Origin: Elusimicrobiota bacterium | GTDB taxonomy: Bacteria > Elusimicrobiota > Elusimicrobia > UBA1565 > UBA9628 | Reading direction: 5' to 3' | Length of the DNA: 64,000 bases | NCBI GenBank assembly: GCA_016212795.1 | Contig: JACRDT010000012.1 | Span: 19,975-83,974, forward strand | Part shown: positions 52,096-61,967 of the stretch, in pieces | How the letters are laid out: every line of letters starts with the position of its first letter | Position numbering within the stretch: position 1 is the stretch's first letter | Notes under the pieces: model-generated | Seen by the model: only the letters and a program-made list of their open reading frames with translations | Databases searched by the model: none | What the model was told of the DNA's origin: nothing | Position numbers and translations under genes: made by a program

Positions 52096-53016
52096 ATGCT
52101 GAGACTCGCCGCGCTCGCCTTGTGCTTTGCCGTCCCCTCGTTCGCGACGCCTGCCGTGCCCGTCCACGACGCCGAGTTCGCCGGGACGGTCGCCAAGATC
52201 GCCTCCGAGGCCAAGGGCCTGGCCGCCGATTTCTTCGCCGCGTCCCATTGGATGCAGGACCGGGAGGTCGTGGCCCTGCTGCGCGACCAGGACCCGCAGG
52301 TGCGCGTCGCGGCCCTGAAGTACGCCCGCTCCATGCCCCTCATCCAGGACGTCGACGTGCGCCGCGAGGTCGGCGCCATGGCCTCCAACGAGCGCGTCCT
52401 CGACGTGCGCCTGGAGGCCGTCAGGACGCTCTACTGGGTGGCGCAGTACAACGACTTCCAGCGCCAGCTCTTCGACCTGGCCCGCCACGACGCGCAGCCG
52501 CGGGTGCGCGCCATGGCCTACAAGGCCCTGCATAGCGCGGCCGCCCACAGCTCGTCGGTGTGGAGGTACATGCTCTACGCGGCCCGCAACGAGAAGAACC
52601 TCGAGGTCCAACAGGCCGTGGCCTGGTCGCTGTTCGAGTGCTCCGGCCAGCCGGACGTGCGTCGGGAGCTCGAGCGAACGGCGTGGAACGCCGGTCTCGA
52701 CGCGGGCCTGCGCCTCGAGGCGGTCAAGAGCCTCTACGGCGCCATGGTGTACAGCGAGATCAGCCGCGGGATGATCCGCCTCGCCTACGACGTCGGCCAG
52801 CCCAAGGATCTGCGCCTGGCCGCCATCCTGGCCCTGAGCGCGGTCACCGGCTCGGAGGTCTCGCGCGCCATCGAGGGCCTGCTGCGCGATCCCGACCCCG
52901 GGATCCGCGCCGCGGCCGTCCAGGCCGCCGGGGGGCTGTCCGAGGAGTTGCGCCGGTTCTTCCACCTCGGGTACAAGCTCAACGACCGGTACGTCAGCCC
53001 CATCGAGAACGAGTAG
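52096..53016 (+). CDS. Secreted HEAT/PBS-lyase-type repeat protein
   Basis: Signal peptide MLRLAALALCFAVPSFA; repeated ..D..VR..A...L.. HEAT-like units (DPQVRVAALKYA, VRLEAVRTLY, QPRVRAMAYKAL, LRLEAVKSLY). Confidence 0.6.
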   Translation: MLRLAALALCFAVPSFATPAVPVHDAEFAGTVAKIASEAKGLAADFFAASHWMQDREVVALLRDQDPQVRVAALKYARSMPLIQDVDVRREVGAMASNERVLDVRLEAVRTLYWVAQYNDFQRQLFDLARHDAQPRVRAMAYKALHSAAAHSSSVWRYMLYAARNEKNLEVQQAVAWSLFECSGQPDVRRELERTAWNAGLDAGLRLEAVKSLYGAMVYSEISRGMIRLAYDVGQPKDLRLAAILALSAVTGSEVSRAIEGLLRDPDPGIRAAAVQAAGGLSEELRRFFHLGYKLNDRYVSPIENE

Positions 53017-53039
53017 GCTCGCCGCCTGAAGGGTCGTCC

Positions 53040-56000
53040 CTACGCCGCCTCAGGCTGGGCTGGCTGGCCGAACACTGCCGCGAGCTCGGCCAGGAGGGCC
53101 TTCATGCCCGGAGGCCTGGCCGAAGGGTCCGCCTTGAGGCATCGGACGACCAGGTCCTTGAGCTTCTCTGGCACGGCGTCGGGCAGGGCGGCGTAGGACT
53201 CCCGCTCTTTGACCTCGCGCAGGCCCTTGCCGGTCAGGAAGGGCAGGTCGCCGGTGAGGAGCTCGTAGGCGGTCACGCCCAGGCTGTAGACGTCGCACGC
53301 GTAGCCCGGCCTGCCCGCGTGCTGCTCGGGCGCCATGTAGGCCGGCGTGCCAGTGGCCTGGGTCTGCTCGAGCCCGACCGCGTCCACGTGCCGGGCGATG
53401 CCGAAGTCCATCATCTTGACCGCTCCCTTGCGGTCCATCATGATGTTGGCGGGCTTGACGTCCAGGTGCGCGACTCCCTTCTCGTGGGCGTGGCCGAGCG
53501 CCTCGCAGGCCAAACTCAGCAGGCGCACGCACTGCCTGGGCTGGAACGCGCCCCGGCAGGCCAGGAGGTCGGCGACGGTCTCGCCGTCGACGTACTCGAA
53601 CACCAGGTAGGTGGACCCCTCGTGCTCGACCGTCTCGTGGAAACCCACGATGCCCGCGTGCTTGAGCTCGGCCAGGGTGGCGGCCTCGTCCAGGAGGAGC
53701 CGCCTGTGCTCGGGGTCCCGGGCGATGCTCTGGCGCAGGCGCTTGAGCGCGACCTCGCGGCCGGTTTGGCGGTCTCTCGCCTTGTACACCAGGCCCATGC
53801 CGCCCACGCCCAGGGGCCTTAGGATCTCGTAGCGGGAGGCCACCATGGCGGCGGCGGGCGGCTCGGTCTCTGGCACGACGGCCCCGGCGGCGGAGGCGGC
53901 CGCGCGGGTGTCCCGCATGGCCATGACCGTGGTCAGATGCGTCAGCTCGTCGGGCGAGATGGCGTCGATGCGCTGGAGCCTGACGTCGGCGTCCTTGTAG
54001 CCTCGCGTCTTCTTGAGGAGCTCCTGGTAGGTCGCCTTGGCCCGCCCGAAATCGCCGTGGCGCTCGCAGAACACGGCCCAGTAGTAGCGCAATTCGGGCG
54101 CGGCCTCGACGGCGATGCGGCTCTGCGCGTCCTGGAACAAAGCCCTGGCCTGTTCGAAGCGGTCCTGCCGCTGGAGGGCTCTCAAGGCGCAGCCGTATTC
54201 GCGGGCGCTCCAGCGGCTCCGGGAGACCTTCTCCAGCGCGTCCATCGCCGGCGCTTCCTTGCCGTCCTCGATGAGCGCCTCGGCGAGGAGGACGCGCTTG
54301 TCCTCGGGCAGCTCGTCGGCGGCCAGCTCCTCCAGGCTCCCGTCCTTGGCGTGCAGGGAGACCAGCAGCCCCCAATCCTCGCCCTCGAGCGCGGGCTTCT
54401 TCTTGAGCAGGACGAGCCCGGCCCCGGCCCGCCCTCGCTGCAGGAACGCCTGGGCATAGCCCGAGTAGAACCCGGGCGGCCGGCCCGTCCCCGCCTGGGC
54501 CGCGAAGTCGTCGGCTTGGCCCGCGTCGTCGAACACCTGGGCCACCAGGTAGGAGTCCGTCTCCGCTTTCCAGGCGGTGTCCACGACGGCGCCCAGGACG
54601 CCAGCGGCCTCCCGGCCGAGCTTGAGCGAGTCGAGCTGGTTGGCGATGCCGAGGCGCTCGCCGTAGGCGACGAACTCGGTGGAGAGCGCCCCGGCCCTGC
54701 GCAGGGAGATGACGCGGTGGAGCACCTTGTAGGCCGCGGCTTCCTTGCCCGTCGGGCGGCAGTCCTTGAGCAGTTCGTGCGCCGCGTCGTAGGCCCCGGC
54801 CCGCAAGAAAGCCATGGCAAAGGCGGCGCGGGCGGGTTCGGCCAGGCCCGAGGCAGTCTGCGGGAAGTCGCGCGACCGGCCGGCCTTGACGTAGTCGAGC
54901 GCCACCCGATCCATCTCCGCCTCGTGGCGCGACGCGGCCGTGAGCTCCGCCTCGGTCCGGGGCCTGAAAGCCGCCGACCCAAGCCGGCCGGTCGAGGAAC
55001 CGGCCGCGGCGGCGGCGAACGGCAGGCTCTCGGGTTCCTTCTCCTGCGGCGGGGCGGCCTTGGACCTGCGGCCCGCCGCCACCCCCACGCCGACCAAGAA
55101 CACGAGCACGATGACCCCGGCGACCAGCCAGATCAGGTTCTCCCGGCGCTGTTCGGCCTGCTTGCGGGACTGCTCTCGAAGGGATTCCAGCTTCTCCACG
55201 ACGGTCGGCAGGTCGAGGGCCTTTTGGGCGGCTTCGACCTCCACGATCGCGGCCTGGAGATCCTCCTTGTCCTCGAACCCCTGGGCGACGGCCAGGCGGC
55301 GCTCATATTCTGCAATCCTGCCCAGCATCGCCTTGGCTTCGGCGCGCAGGTCGCCTCCGGCCCGGGATCGGCCGTCCAGCGCTTTCTTGATGGTCTCCTT
55401 CGCTTCCGCCAGCCGGCCTGTCGTCGCCAGGCACAGGCCCCGGTAGTCGTTCCAGACCGCGTCCGGCCTTGAGGAGAGCACGACGTCGAAGTCGGCCATC
55501 GCCGCCGCGTGCTCGCCCTGGTGGTATTTCGCGGCCCCGAGCAGGTTCCTGATCCCGGCGTCCGACGGGTCGAGCTGTGCCGCCCTGTCGAGGATGAGAT
55601 GGGCCAGCTTCGGGTCGGTCTTCACCAGCGGGCCGGCTCTGGCCAGGAGCGCGGCGGCCGTGGTTCGGCGGTACTGCTGGTTATCGGGCGAGAGCTCGAC
55701 GGCCTTGTTGAGGGAGTCGATGGCCTGCTCGACGTCGCCCTGGGCGAGCAAGCGCTCCCCGTCCTTGAAATGGCCGGCGGCCGCGGTCTCGGTGCCGGCC
55801 CGGAGGGCGGCCCTGGCGGCGTCGCGGTGCTCGGCCGCCTCGGAGACGGCGGGATTGAGCTCGAGGGCCTTGTCGTAATCCTTGATCGCGCGCTCGTACT
55901 GCCTGAGGCCTGCGTAGGCGAACCCGCGATTAGCGAAGGCAAGGGCGAGACGAGGGTCGAGTTCGATGGCTTTATCAAAATCCCGGATCGCGCGATCGTA

Positions 56001-56768
56001 TTGCTTAAGGCTGGCGTAGTGGAAGCCGCGGTTGTTGTGGGGCATGGCAAGATTCGGTTGGAGTAGGATGACCTTGTCGTCATCCTGTATTGCGCGGTCG
56101 TATTGGCCGAGGACACCGTAGAGTATGCCGCGGTTCTGGTAGGCATCGACATAGTCCGGCTTGAGTTTGATGGCCGTGTCCAAATCTTGAATCGCGCGGT
56201 TGTATCGTTTGAGTTCGATGTTGACTGTGGCGCGCACAAGGAAGACATTACTCATGGTATCGGAATTCATGCGCGACTTTTTCGACAACAGGATGGCTTT
56301 GTCGAGGTCTTGTGTTGCCCGATTATATTGCTTGAGGCTGGCGTAAGTGACACCGCGACTGGCGTAGGCCTCGGCGAAATTCGCATTGAGTTCGATGGCC
56401 GTGTCCAAGTCCTGTATCGCCGGATCGAATTGGTTGAGGCTGGCATAGTTGGCGCCGCGCTTCATGTGAGCCCAGGCCTTGTAATACACCTCGTCCTCGG
56501 GGGTCCACTGCGCCAGCGCCTTGGTGTAGAGCTGAATCTTTTCGGCGGGGTTCGCGGCCTCTTCGCCCGCGTTGAACAGGTCGCGGAAGCCGCTAGGGTT
56601 GGCCGCGGGGGCCGCGGCGCTGGAGCTCAGCGAGCGGCCTCCCAGCTTGGGGGTACTCCAGCGGCGCTCCTCGGCTCTCGCGGATGGGACCATGGCCAGG
56701 ACGAGCGCGAGGGCCGCGAGCCGGCGCGCCGAGGGTCTAGTCATCGGGAGTCGCCATCCCGCCAGCAT
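53040..56768 (-). CDS. Receptor-type Ser/Thr protein kinase: signal peptide, periplasmic TPR array, single TM, cytoplasmic TPR-like region and C-terminal kinase domain
   Basis: TPR repeats with AIQDLDTAIELNANFAEAYASRG consensus; TM IWLVAGVIVLVFLVGVGVAAG; kinase motifs GVGGMGLVYKA..VALKRL, HLDVKPANIMMD (non-RD), DFGIAR, APE; start ATG 56768 or 56744. Confidence 0.8.
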   Translation of the reverse strand: MLAGWRLPMTRPSARRLAALALVLAMVPSARAEERRWSTPKLGGRSLSSSAAAPAANPSGFRDLFNAGEEAANPAEKIQLYTKALAQWTPEDEVYYKAWAHMKRGANYASLNQFDPAIQDLDTAIELNANFAEAYASRGVTYASLKQYNRATQDLDKAILLSKKSRMNSDTMSNVFLVRATVNIELKRYNRAIQDLDTAIKLKPDYVDAYQNRGILYGVLGQYDRAIQDDDKVILLQPNLAMPHNNRGFHYASLKQYDRAIRDFDKAIELDPRLALAFANRGFAYAGLRQYERAIKDYDKALELNPAVSEAAEHRDAARAALRAGTETAAAGHFKDGERLLAQGDVEQAIDSLNKAVELSPDNQQYRRTTAAALLARAGPLVKTDPKLAHLILDRAAQLDPSDAGIRNLLGAAKYHQGEHAAAMADFDVVLSSRPDAVWNDYRGLCLATTGRLAEAKETIKKALDGRSRAGGDLRAEAKAMLGRIAEYERRLAVAQGFEDKEDLQAAIVEVEAAQKALDLPTVVEKLESLREQSRKQAEQRRENLIWLVAGVIVLVFLVGVGVAAGRRSKAAPPQEKEPESLPFAAAAAGSSTGRLGSAAFRPRTEAELTAASRHEAEMDRVALDYVKAGRSRDFPQTASGLAEPARAAFAMAFLRAGAYDAAHELLKDCRPTGKEAAAYKVLHRVISLRRAGALSTEFVAYGERLGIANQLDSLKLGREAAGVLGAVVDTAWKAETDSYLVAQVFDDAGQADDFAAQAGTGRPPGFYSGYAQAFLQRGRAGAGLVLLKKKPALEGEDWGLLVSLHAKDGSLEELAADELPEDKRVLLAEALIEDGKEAPAMDALEKVSRSRWSAREYGCALRALQRQDRFEQARALFQDAQSRIAVEAAPELRYYWAVFCERHGDFGRAKATYQELLKKTRGYKDADVRLQRIDAISPDELTHLTTVMAMRDTRAAASAAGAVVPETEPPAAAMVASRYEILRPLGVGGMGLVYKARDRQTGREVALKRLRQSIARDPEHRRLLLDEAATLAELKHAGIVGFHETVEHEGSTYLVFEYVDGETVADLLACRGAFQPRQCVRLLSLACEALGHAHEKGVAHLDVKPANIMMDRKGAVKMMDFGIARHVDAVGLEQTQATGTPAYMAPEQHAGRPGYACDVYSLGVTAYELLTGDLPFLTGKGLREVKERESYAALPDAVPEKLKDLVVRCLKADPSARPPGMKALLAELAAVFGQPAQPEAA

Positions 56769-56890
56769 TATACCCCGCCCTTGGCCGGCCAGCAAGGCCG
56801 CTGGCTGGCATATGTTCTGGCCGGCGGAAGCCGTCCGGCGATCAGAAAGGTTCGGGTGGAACTTTCTTGCCGCCTCGATCGTATGCATAG

Positions 56891-58111
56891 GTGGGCGCTG
56901 ATCCCAGGCTGAAAGGAGGTCCCTTGGACTTGCTTGCGAGCAGTGTCGCCGTGCCAGACGATGGGGAGTTATCCACCGAACTTTCCCGGGAAAGTCCGGT
57001 GGATAAGTCGCCTGGCCGACAGCTTGTCGTTCCAGGCGCGATCCCCGCGGACCTCTCCGGCTTGGATGATTCGGAGGTTCTCCGGTGGGTCCGAACGTTC
57101 GCGGTTCGAGAGAGGCGCGCGACGGTCGCCTTGCTCGCGGTCCTGGGCGAGGTGGAGCGGCGGGGCCTTCACCTCCGGGAGGGTTATGCATCGCTTTTCA
57201 TGTTCTGCGTGAAGGACTTGCGCCACTCGGAGGGCGCCGCCTACAAGAGGGTCCACGCGGCCCGGGCGGGAAGGCGGTTCCCCGAGATATACTCGCTGCT
57301 TCGCGACGGAGCTCTGTCGCTCAGCGCGGTGGCCATGCTCGAGCCGCATCTGACGCCCGAGAATAAGGACATGCTGCTGACCCGAAGTCAGGGTCTCGGC
57401 AAGAGGCAGCTCGAGATGGTCATCGTCGGCATGGCGCCCCGGCCGGAAACGCGGGATGCCGTGCGGAGGCTGGACGTCGCTGCAGGCGCGACGGCGGCGG
57501 AGCACCCTCGGCTGTCTACGGGCGCGTCCGTTGGGGCGGCTCAGGCGGAACTTGGCGGCGGGAATGGAAGCTCGCTGGAGGGGCTGTCATGCCAGCCTTT
57601 GGGGCTATCAGGTTCCAGCCCGGACCATTCCCTGGCGCGCATCCAGCCGCTTTCTCCGGGTCGGGTCAAGTTCAGCTTCACGGGCAGCTCGGAGCTGCTT
57701 GAAATGGTCGAACGGGCGCGGGACCTGCTCAGGCACAAGCATCCGGAGGGGGGGCTTGCGAACGTCTTTGCGGAACTGGCTCGATTCTACCTGGACAGGA
57801 AAGATCCAAGCCGCAAGGTGCGCGCGGGTCGCGCACGACCGCGGGGGAGGAAGTCCGGTGGGAACGCCCGGCGCATCCCGGAGGCCGTCAAGCGCGAGGC
57901 ATGGACGCGCGACCAGGGGCGCTGCGCGTACGTCTCGCCTTCGGGCCGCAGGTGCGGGGCGGCGGCTTGGCTCGAGTACGATCACATCAGGCCATGGGCG
58001 CTCGGCGGGAGGTCGGATGACGGGGGGAACATCCGGCTTCTATGTCGGGCGCACAATCAGTGGGAGGCGCGAGCGCGATTCGGGGAGGGGCGCTTCAAGA
58101 GGCGGGGGTAG
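56891..58111 (+). CDS. DUF222-family protein with C-terminal HNH endonuclease domain (13E12-repeat-family-like)
   Basis: HNH motif CAYVSPSGRRCGAAAWLEYDHIRPWALGGRSDDGGNIRLLCRAHN; N-terminal DUF222-like region; third codon positions visibly less GC-biased than in neighbouring genes; true start uncertain (GTG 56891, or GTG 56996 inside the palindrome). Confidence 0.6.
   Translation: MGADPRLKGGPLDLLASSVAVPDDGELSTELSRESPVDKSPGRQLVVPGAIPADLSGLDDSEVLRWVRTFAVRERRATVALLAVLGEVERRGLHLREGYASLFMFCVKDLRHSEGAAYKRVHAARAGRRFPEIYSLLRDGALSLSAVAMLEPHLTPENKDMLLTRSQGLGKRQLEMVIVGMAPRPETRDAVRRLDVAAGATAAEHPRLSTGASVGAAQAELGGGNGSSLEGLSCQPLGLSGSSPDHSLARIQPLSPGRVKFSFTGSSELLEMVERARDLLRHKHPEGGLANVFAELARFYLDRKDPSRKVRAGRARPRGRKSGGNARRIPEAVKREAWTRDQGRCAYVSPSGRRCGAAAWLEYDHIRPWALGGRSDDGGNIRLLCRAHNQWEARARFGEGRFKRRG
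56970..57005. promoter_or_regulatory. 36-bp imperfect palindrome TATCCACCGAACTTTCCC|GGGAAAGTCCGGTGGATA in the divergent region between the kinase gene and the HNH gene
   Basis: 18-bp arms with 2 symmetric mismatches; both strands therefore encode the mirror peptide YPP(D/N)FPGKVRWI in the spurious ORFs. Confidence 0.6.
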
Positions 58112-58226
58112 CCATAGGCCTGTCCCAGCGGGTCCGGGCGGCGGCCGCGGGACTGTCGGCCGCGTGTCTTGATCGGTCTTGACCGGCGGGCTTTTCCGGG
58201 CAGGGCCCAAATGGTACCATGGGCCG

Positions 58227-58964
58227 ATGGCCAGGCCGGGGTTCAGGGCTCAGATGGACGCGCTCATCGGCCGCAACATCGCCATCCATTTCGGGGCGGC
58301 CGGCACCCTGCTCCTCATGGTCGCGCAGGCCCCCATCATCGGCTACTTCATCGGCCTGGGCTGGAAGGGCCAGGAGGCCGTCCCGCAGACCTACTTCATC
58401 ATGTCCGTGGCGGCGCTGTGGATGGGCTGCATGAACGCCTGCACCTCCATCGTGGTCGAGCGGCAGGTCTACCTGAGGGAGCGCATGTTCGACCTGAACA
58501 TCTGGTCCTACCTGTTCTCCAAGATGAGCGTGCTGGCGGTCGTGGGCGGCCTCCAGAGCCTCCTTCTGCTGGCGACGCAGGGCCGCTTCATGCATCTGAA
58601 GAGCTCCGTGCTCGCCCAACTGCTCTTCTTCGTCAGCCTTTCCATGACCGGCCTGGCCGCGGGCGCGTTGGGGCTGCTCATCTCGTCTTTGGCCAGGACG
58701 TCCTACGGGGCCGTGGTGGCGGTGCCCATCGTGCTGCTGCCGCAGGCCATCTTCACCGAGGTCCTGCTGGGGGAGAACGTCAAGAACGCCGTTCCGGCCG
58801 TCATCGAGAAGCTGACCCTCACCAAGTGGTGCTACCAGGCGCTCATGGACGTCCACCAGGGCGTCCATGTCCTCGACCAGGCCAAGAGCCTGGCCGCCCT
58901 CGCCTTGGCCCTCGGGCTGTTCCTCGCCCTGGCGGCCGGCAAGCTCAAGCTGGAGGAGAGTTGA
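58227..58964 (+). CDS. ABC-2 type transporter permease
   Basis: 6 TM helices; ABC-2 family signature region (..LYLRERMFDLNIWSYLFSKMSV..). Confidence 0.6.
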   Translation: MARPGFRAQMDALIGRNIAIHFGAAGTLLLMVAQAPIIGYFIGLGWKGQEAVPQTYFIMSVAALWMGCMNACTSIVVERQVYLRERMFDLNIWSYLFSKMSVLAVVGGLQSLLLLATQGRFMHLKSSVLAQLLFFVSLSMTGLAAGALGLLISSLARTSYGAVVAVPIVLLPQAIFTEVLLGENVKNAVPAVIEKLTLTKWCYQALMDVHQGVHVLDQAKSLAALALALGLFLALAAGKLKLEES

Positions 58965-59419
58965 TGAAGAGGCTGTTCGCCATCGTCGTCGTGCTGGCCG
59001 CCGGGACCGGGGCCGCCTTCCTCATGTCCGAGGGCTACGTGCCGGGCTGGCCGAGCGACAAGGCGGCCATCAGGCAGAAGTCCGTGCGCTTCCTCGAGTG
59101 CCTGAAGTTCAAGAACTTCGAGGAGGCGGCCGTGTTCCATACGCCGGCCGAGCTCAAGGACCACCCGAACATCCCCAAGCAGCTCGAGAGCTTCTTCAAG
59201 ATCCCGCACGAGAACCTGGACATCCAGGACATCAACATCGACTTCATGGAGTTCGACTCGACCGGAGCTCGCGCCAAGGTCAAGACCACCACGGGCGTCC
59301 ACGTCCTCAACAGCAAGGAGGACCGGCGGGTGGAGGCGATGATCTATTGGAAGAAGGTGGACGGGCAGTGGTTCATGGACCTGCGGACCACGCTTGAGCG
59401 CGGCGCCGGCGGGCTTTGA
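58964..59419 (+). CDS. Small secreted protein (151 aa), hypothetical
   Basis: Signal peptide MKRLFAIVVVLAAGTGAAF; start overlaps permease stop (TGATG). Confidence 0.5.
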   Translation: MKRLFAIVVVLAAGTGAAFLMSEGYVPGWPSDKAAIRQKSVRFLECLKFKNFEEAAVFHTPAELKDHPNIPKQLESFFKIPHENLDIQDINIDFMEFDSTGARAKVKTTTGVHVLNSKEDRRVEAMIYWKKVDGQWFMDLRTTLERGAGGL

Positions 59420-59541
59420 GTTTGCGAGCGCAGCGAGCGAACCACCCGCTGTAAGCGCCCTCGAAATGGCCGTTTTGTCCCCAACGCAACGGCCGGTCCC
59501 CCGCAGGGGACCGGCCGTTGCGCGTGGCCTTCGGCCCCGCG

Positions 59542-60543
59542 CTACAAGCCCTTCCAGAGCGCCTGGCCCTTGAGGGTCGAGAGGACGGACTCGGGCGCTC
59601 CCAGCGACTTGACCGCGGCGCCGGCCACCGGCTTGCCGAGCATGTCCTCCGGCAGGTCCGCGGCGACGGGCGGCTTGTACCAGCACAGGGGCCTGGTCCC
59701 CAGCTTGTCGCCGGCGCTGGCGTTGCAGGTCCCTGGGACCGGGTCCTTGTCGCTGACTTCCTGCGAGAGGGGCTTGTCGCACAGCGAGCCCTGGAAGTAG
59801 GTGTCGAGGCGGCACTGGGTCTTGGGGTGCTTCTCGTACATGGTGGACACCACGGACGGGTCGGGCGTCTCGAACTTGTACTCCTTCTCGTCGTTGCCCA
59901 AGGCCTTGAACAGGGCGGTGACGGACTTGCCCGCCATGGAGCCCCTCAGGCAGAGGGCGCGGTCCTTGCCGCCGGCGAAGGTGTCGTCGCAGTACTTCTC
60001 GGCGTATGGGTCCGCCGCCAGCTTGGGCCGGCTGAACTTGGCGGCGGCGACGTCGGCGAAGACCCGGCGGAGGCACTTGAGGTTGGCGGCGTAATCGGCC
60101 TGGCCCTCGATCGTGGCCCAGGAGCCGAACCAGCCCGACGATTTCGGGGCGCCGCCCAGGTGGTGGGACATCTCGTGGCAGGCCACCAGGGTGAAGCCGT
60201 CCTGCGTGATGGCGGCGTGGCGGGCGAGCCCGCCGAACATCGAGATGATGTACTTGTTGCCCTGCTGCTGGGCGTAGGCGTTGACCGTGCCGTCGTCCCA
60301 CTTGCGCTCGATGCTGAGGACGGCGCCGCGGGCCGCCACGATGGGTTTGTAGATCTTCTCGACGGCGTCGAGCACGGCGTTGAACTGGGACTGGTCGATG
60401 CCTTTGTCGTCCTTGGACCCGGCCAGGATGACCATGTCGTTCTCCGGCAGGAAGCCTGGACAGACGTCGACGGCGGGCTGGCGGACGGCGGCGCCGCCGA
60501 AGACGAGCGCGGCGATCAGGGACATCAGGACGGATCGCGTCAT
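59542..60543 (-). CDS. Secreted cysteine-rich putative zinc metallopeptidase (HExxH)
   Basis: Signal peptide MTRSVLMSLIAALVFGGAAV; HEMSHHLGG zincin motif; GGAGG Shine-Dalgarno 8 nt upstream; 10 Cys residues. Confidence 0.55.
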   Translation of the reverse strand: MTRSVLMSLIAALVFGGAAVRQPAVDVCPGFLPENDMVILAGSKDDKGIDQSQFNAVLDAVEKIYKPIVAARGAVLSIERKWDDGTVNAYAQQQGNKYIISMFGGLARHAAITQDGFTLVACHEMSHHLGGAPKSSGWFGSWATIEGQADYAANLKCLRRVFADVAAAKFSRPKLAADPYAEKYCDDTFAGGKDRALCLRGSMAGKSVTALFKALGNDEKEYKFETPDPSVVSTMYEKHPKTQCRLDTYFQGSLCDKPLSQEVSDKDPVPGTCNASAGDKLGTRPLCWYKPPVAADLPEDMLGKPVAGAAVKSLGAPESVLSTLKGQALWKGL

Positions 60544-60563
60544 GGGTGCACCTCCGAGGCTAT

Positions 60564-61844
60564 TCATTTTCCCATCTCCACGAGATAGGCGACGGCGACT
60601 TTGGCGAACTTGAAAGCGTGCAGGGAGTTCCCTCCCGACTGGGCGAGGGTGTCGTTGGCCGTATGGATGTTCGGGTTGTCCTCGTCGAACTTGGCTTCGA
60701 AGGGGAGGGAGGCGCTGTAGCCGTTCCTGGTCCAGGAGGCGTGGTCCGAGCACGCGTAGCCGCACTTGGTCGTCCCGACGCGGTAGTCGGTGTAGGCCGC
60801 GATGAGCTTGCCCAGGAAGGCGTTCTGGGCCTCGCTGACGTTGTCGGCGATCAGGTAGATGTCGTCGGCCGACCCTCTGTAGTTGGTCATGTCGAACTGG
60901 AGGACTCCCTGGACGGCGACGCCGTTCTGCTTGAAGTTGTCGGCGATCTCCCGGGAGCCCCGCAAGCCGGCCTCTTCCGCGGCGTAGGCGATGAACTTGA
61001 CCGTGGACCCGGGCTTGTAGCCGGAGGCCACGATGACCCTCGCGGACTCGGTGAGGACGGCGATCCCCGAGGCGTCGTCGTCCGCGCCGGGCGCGACGTT
61101 GTCGCCGCCCCCCCAGCCGGCGATGGAATCCAGGTGGCCGCCCAGGACCACGACCTTCCCGGGCTCGGCTTTCCCGCGGACCGTCAGGATCACCGACTCC
61201 TGGGCCCAGCCGCCGTGGCGGAAGAGCTCGACCGTGATGTCCGGCCTGCCCTTCGAGAGCTCCTGCCAGTAGTCCCGCAGCCATCGGGCGGAGGCCGCGC
61301 CCGTCTCCGAGCGGTAGTACCGGTTCTTGAACGCGGCAAGGCGTTTGATCGTCTCCGTGATGGCGGCCTCGTCCACGAGCTTGAGCATGGGCACGACGGT
61401 CTCCCGCTGGTCGATCTCGTAGGCCCGAGCCATGGCGAGGGGCGGCTCGGCCATGTCGGCTTTGGCGGCCCGCAGGGTCGGATGCGCGAAGAACCCTCCG
61501 CACTTGCGGAGCCGATGGTGCATGATGTCCGAGAGGGCGTCGAGCTCGGCCACCGTGACCTCGAAGATGGAGACCAGGCTGTTCTGGCTGACGGGGACGC
61601 GCCGGGAGAAGTCGAATTCCCCTTTCAGCGCGGCCACGTCGGCGTTGGAGACGCTGATCCAGACGGCATCGTCGGCGCGCTCCGGCGACGATGCCAGGCG
61701 CCGGCCCGTCATGCCCGCGGCTTCTCGGGCGGTCGCGATGGCGGGGCGGACGTCCACCCCCTGGTCGAACCCGGCGTCGGGCGCGGCCGAAGACGTGGCC
61801 GCGGCCATGAAAGTCAATACGAGGAACGTCCGAAGTCCGCCCAT
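60564..61844 (-). CDS. Secreted M28-family aminopeptidase
   Basis: M28 metal-ligand motifs GGHLDS, DDDASG, EEAGLRGS, CSDH; signal peptide MGGLRTFLVLTFMAAATSSA. Confidence 0.8.
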   Translation of the reverse strand: MGGLRTFLVLTFMAAATSSAAPDAGFDQGVDVRPAIATAREAAGMTGRRLASSPERADDAVWISVSNADVAALKGEFDFSRRVPVSQNSLVSIFEVTVAELDALSDIMHHRLRKCGGFFAHPTLRAAKADMAEPPLAMARAYEIDQRETVVPMLKLVDEAAITETIKRLAAFKNRYYRSETGAASARWLRDYWQELSKGRPDITVELFRHGGWAQESVILTVRGKAEPGKVVVLGGHLDSIAGWGGGDNVAPGADDDASGIAVLTESARVIVASGYKPGSTVKFIAYAAEEAGLRGSREIADNFKQNGVAVQGVLQFDMTNYRGSADDIYLIADNVSEAQNAFLGKLIAAYTDYRVGTTKCGYACSDHASWTRNGYSASLPFEAKFDEDNPNIHTANDTLAQSGGNSLHAFKFAKVAVAYLVEMGK

Positions 61845-61967
61845 AACCACCCCCAACCCCAGCGGTTTAGGCCCCGGCGGGACCATTGGGCCTATTATAG
61901 CATAGGACCAATGGCCCCCTGTCAAGGAAAATCTGCGGCCCTGCGGTTGCGCGGGGCGGGAGGGCGG

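Noticed and set aside
56572-57212. ORFs 56572..56901 + and 56934..57212 + in the kinase/HNH intergenic region
   Set aside because: The second is a mirror product of the 36-bp palindrome, giving the same peptide YPPxFPGKVRWI on both strands. Neither has homology support.
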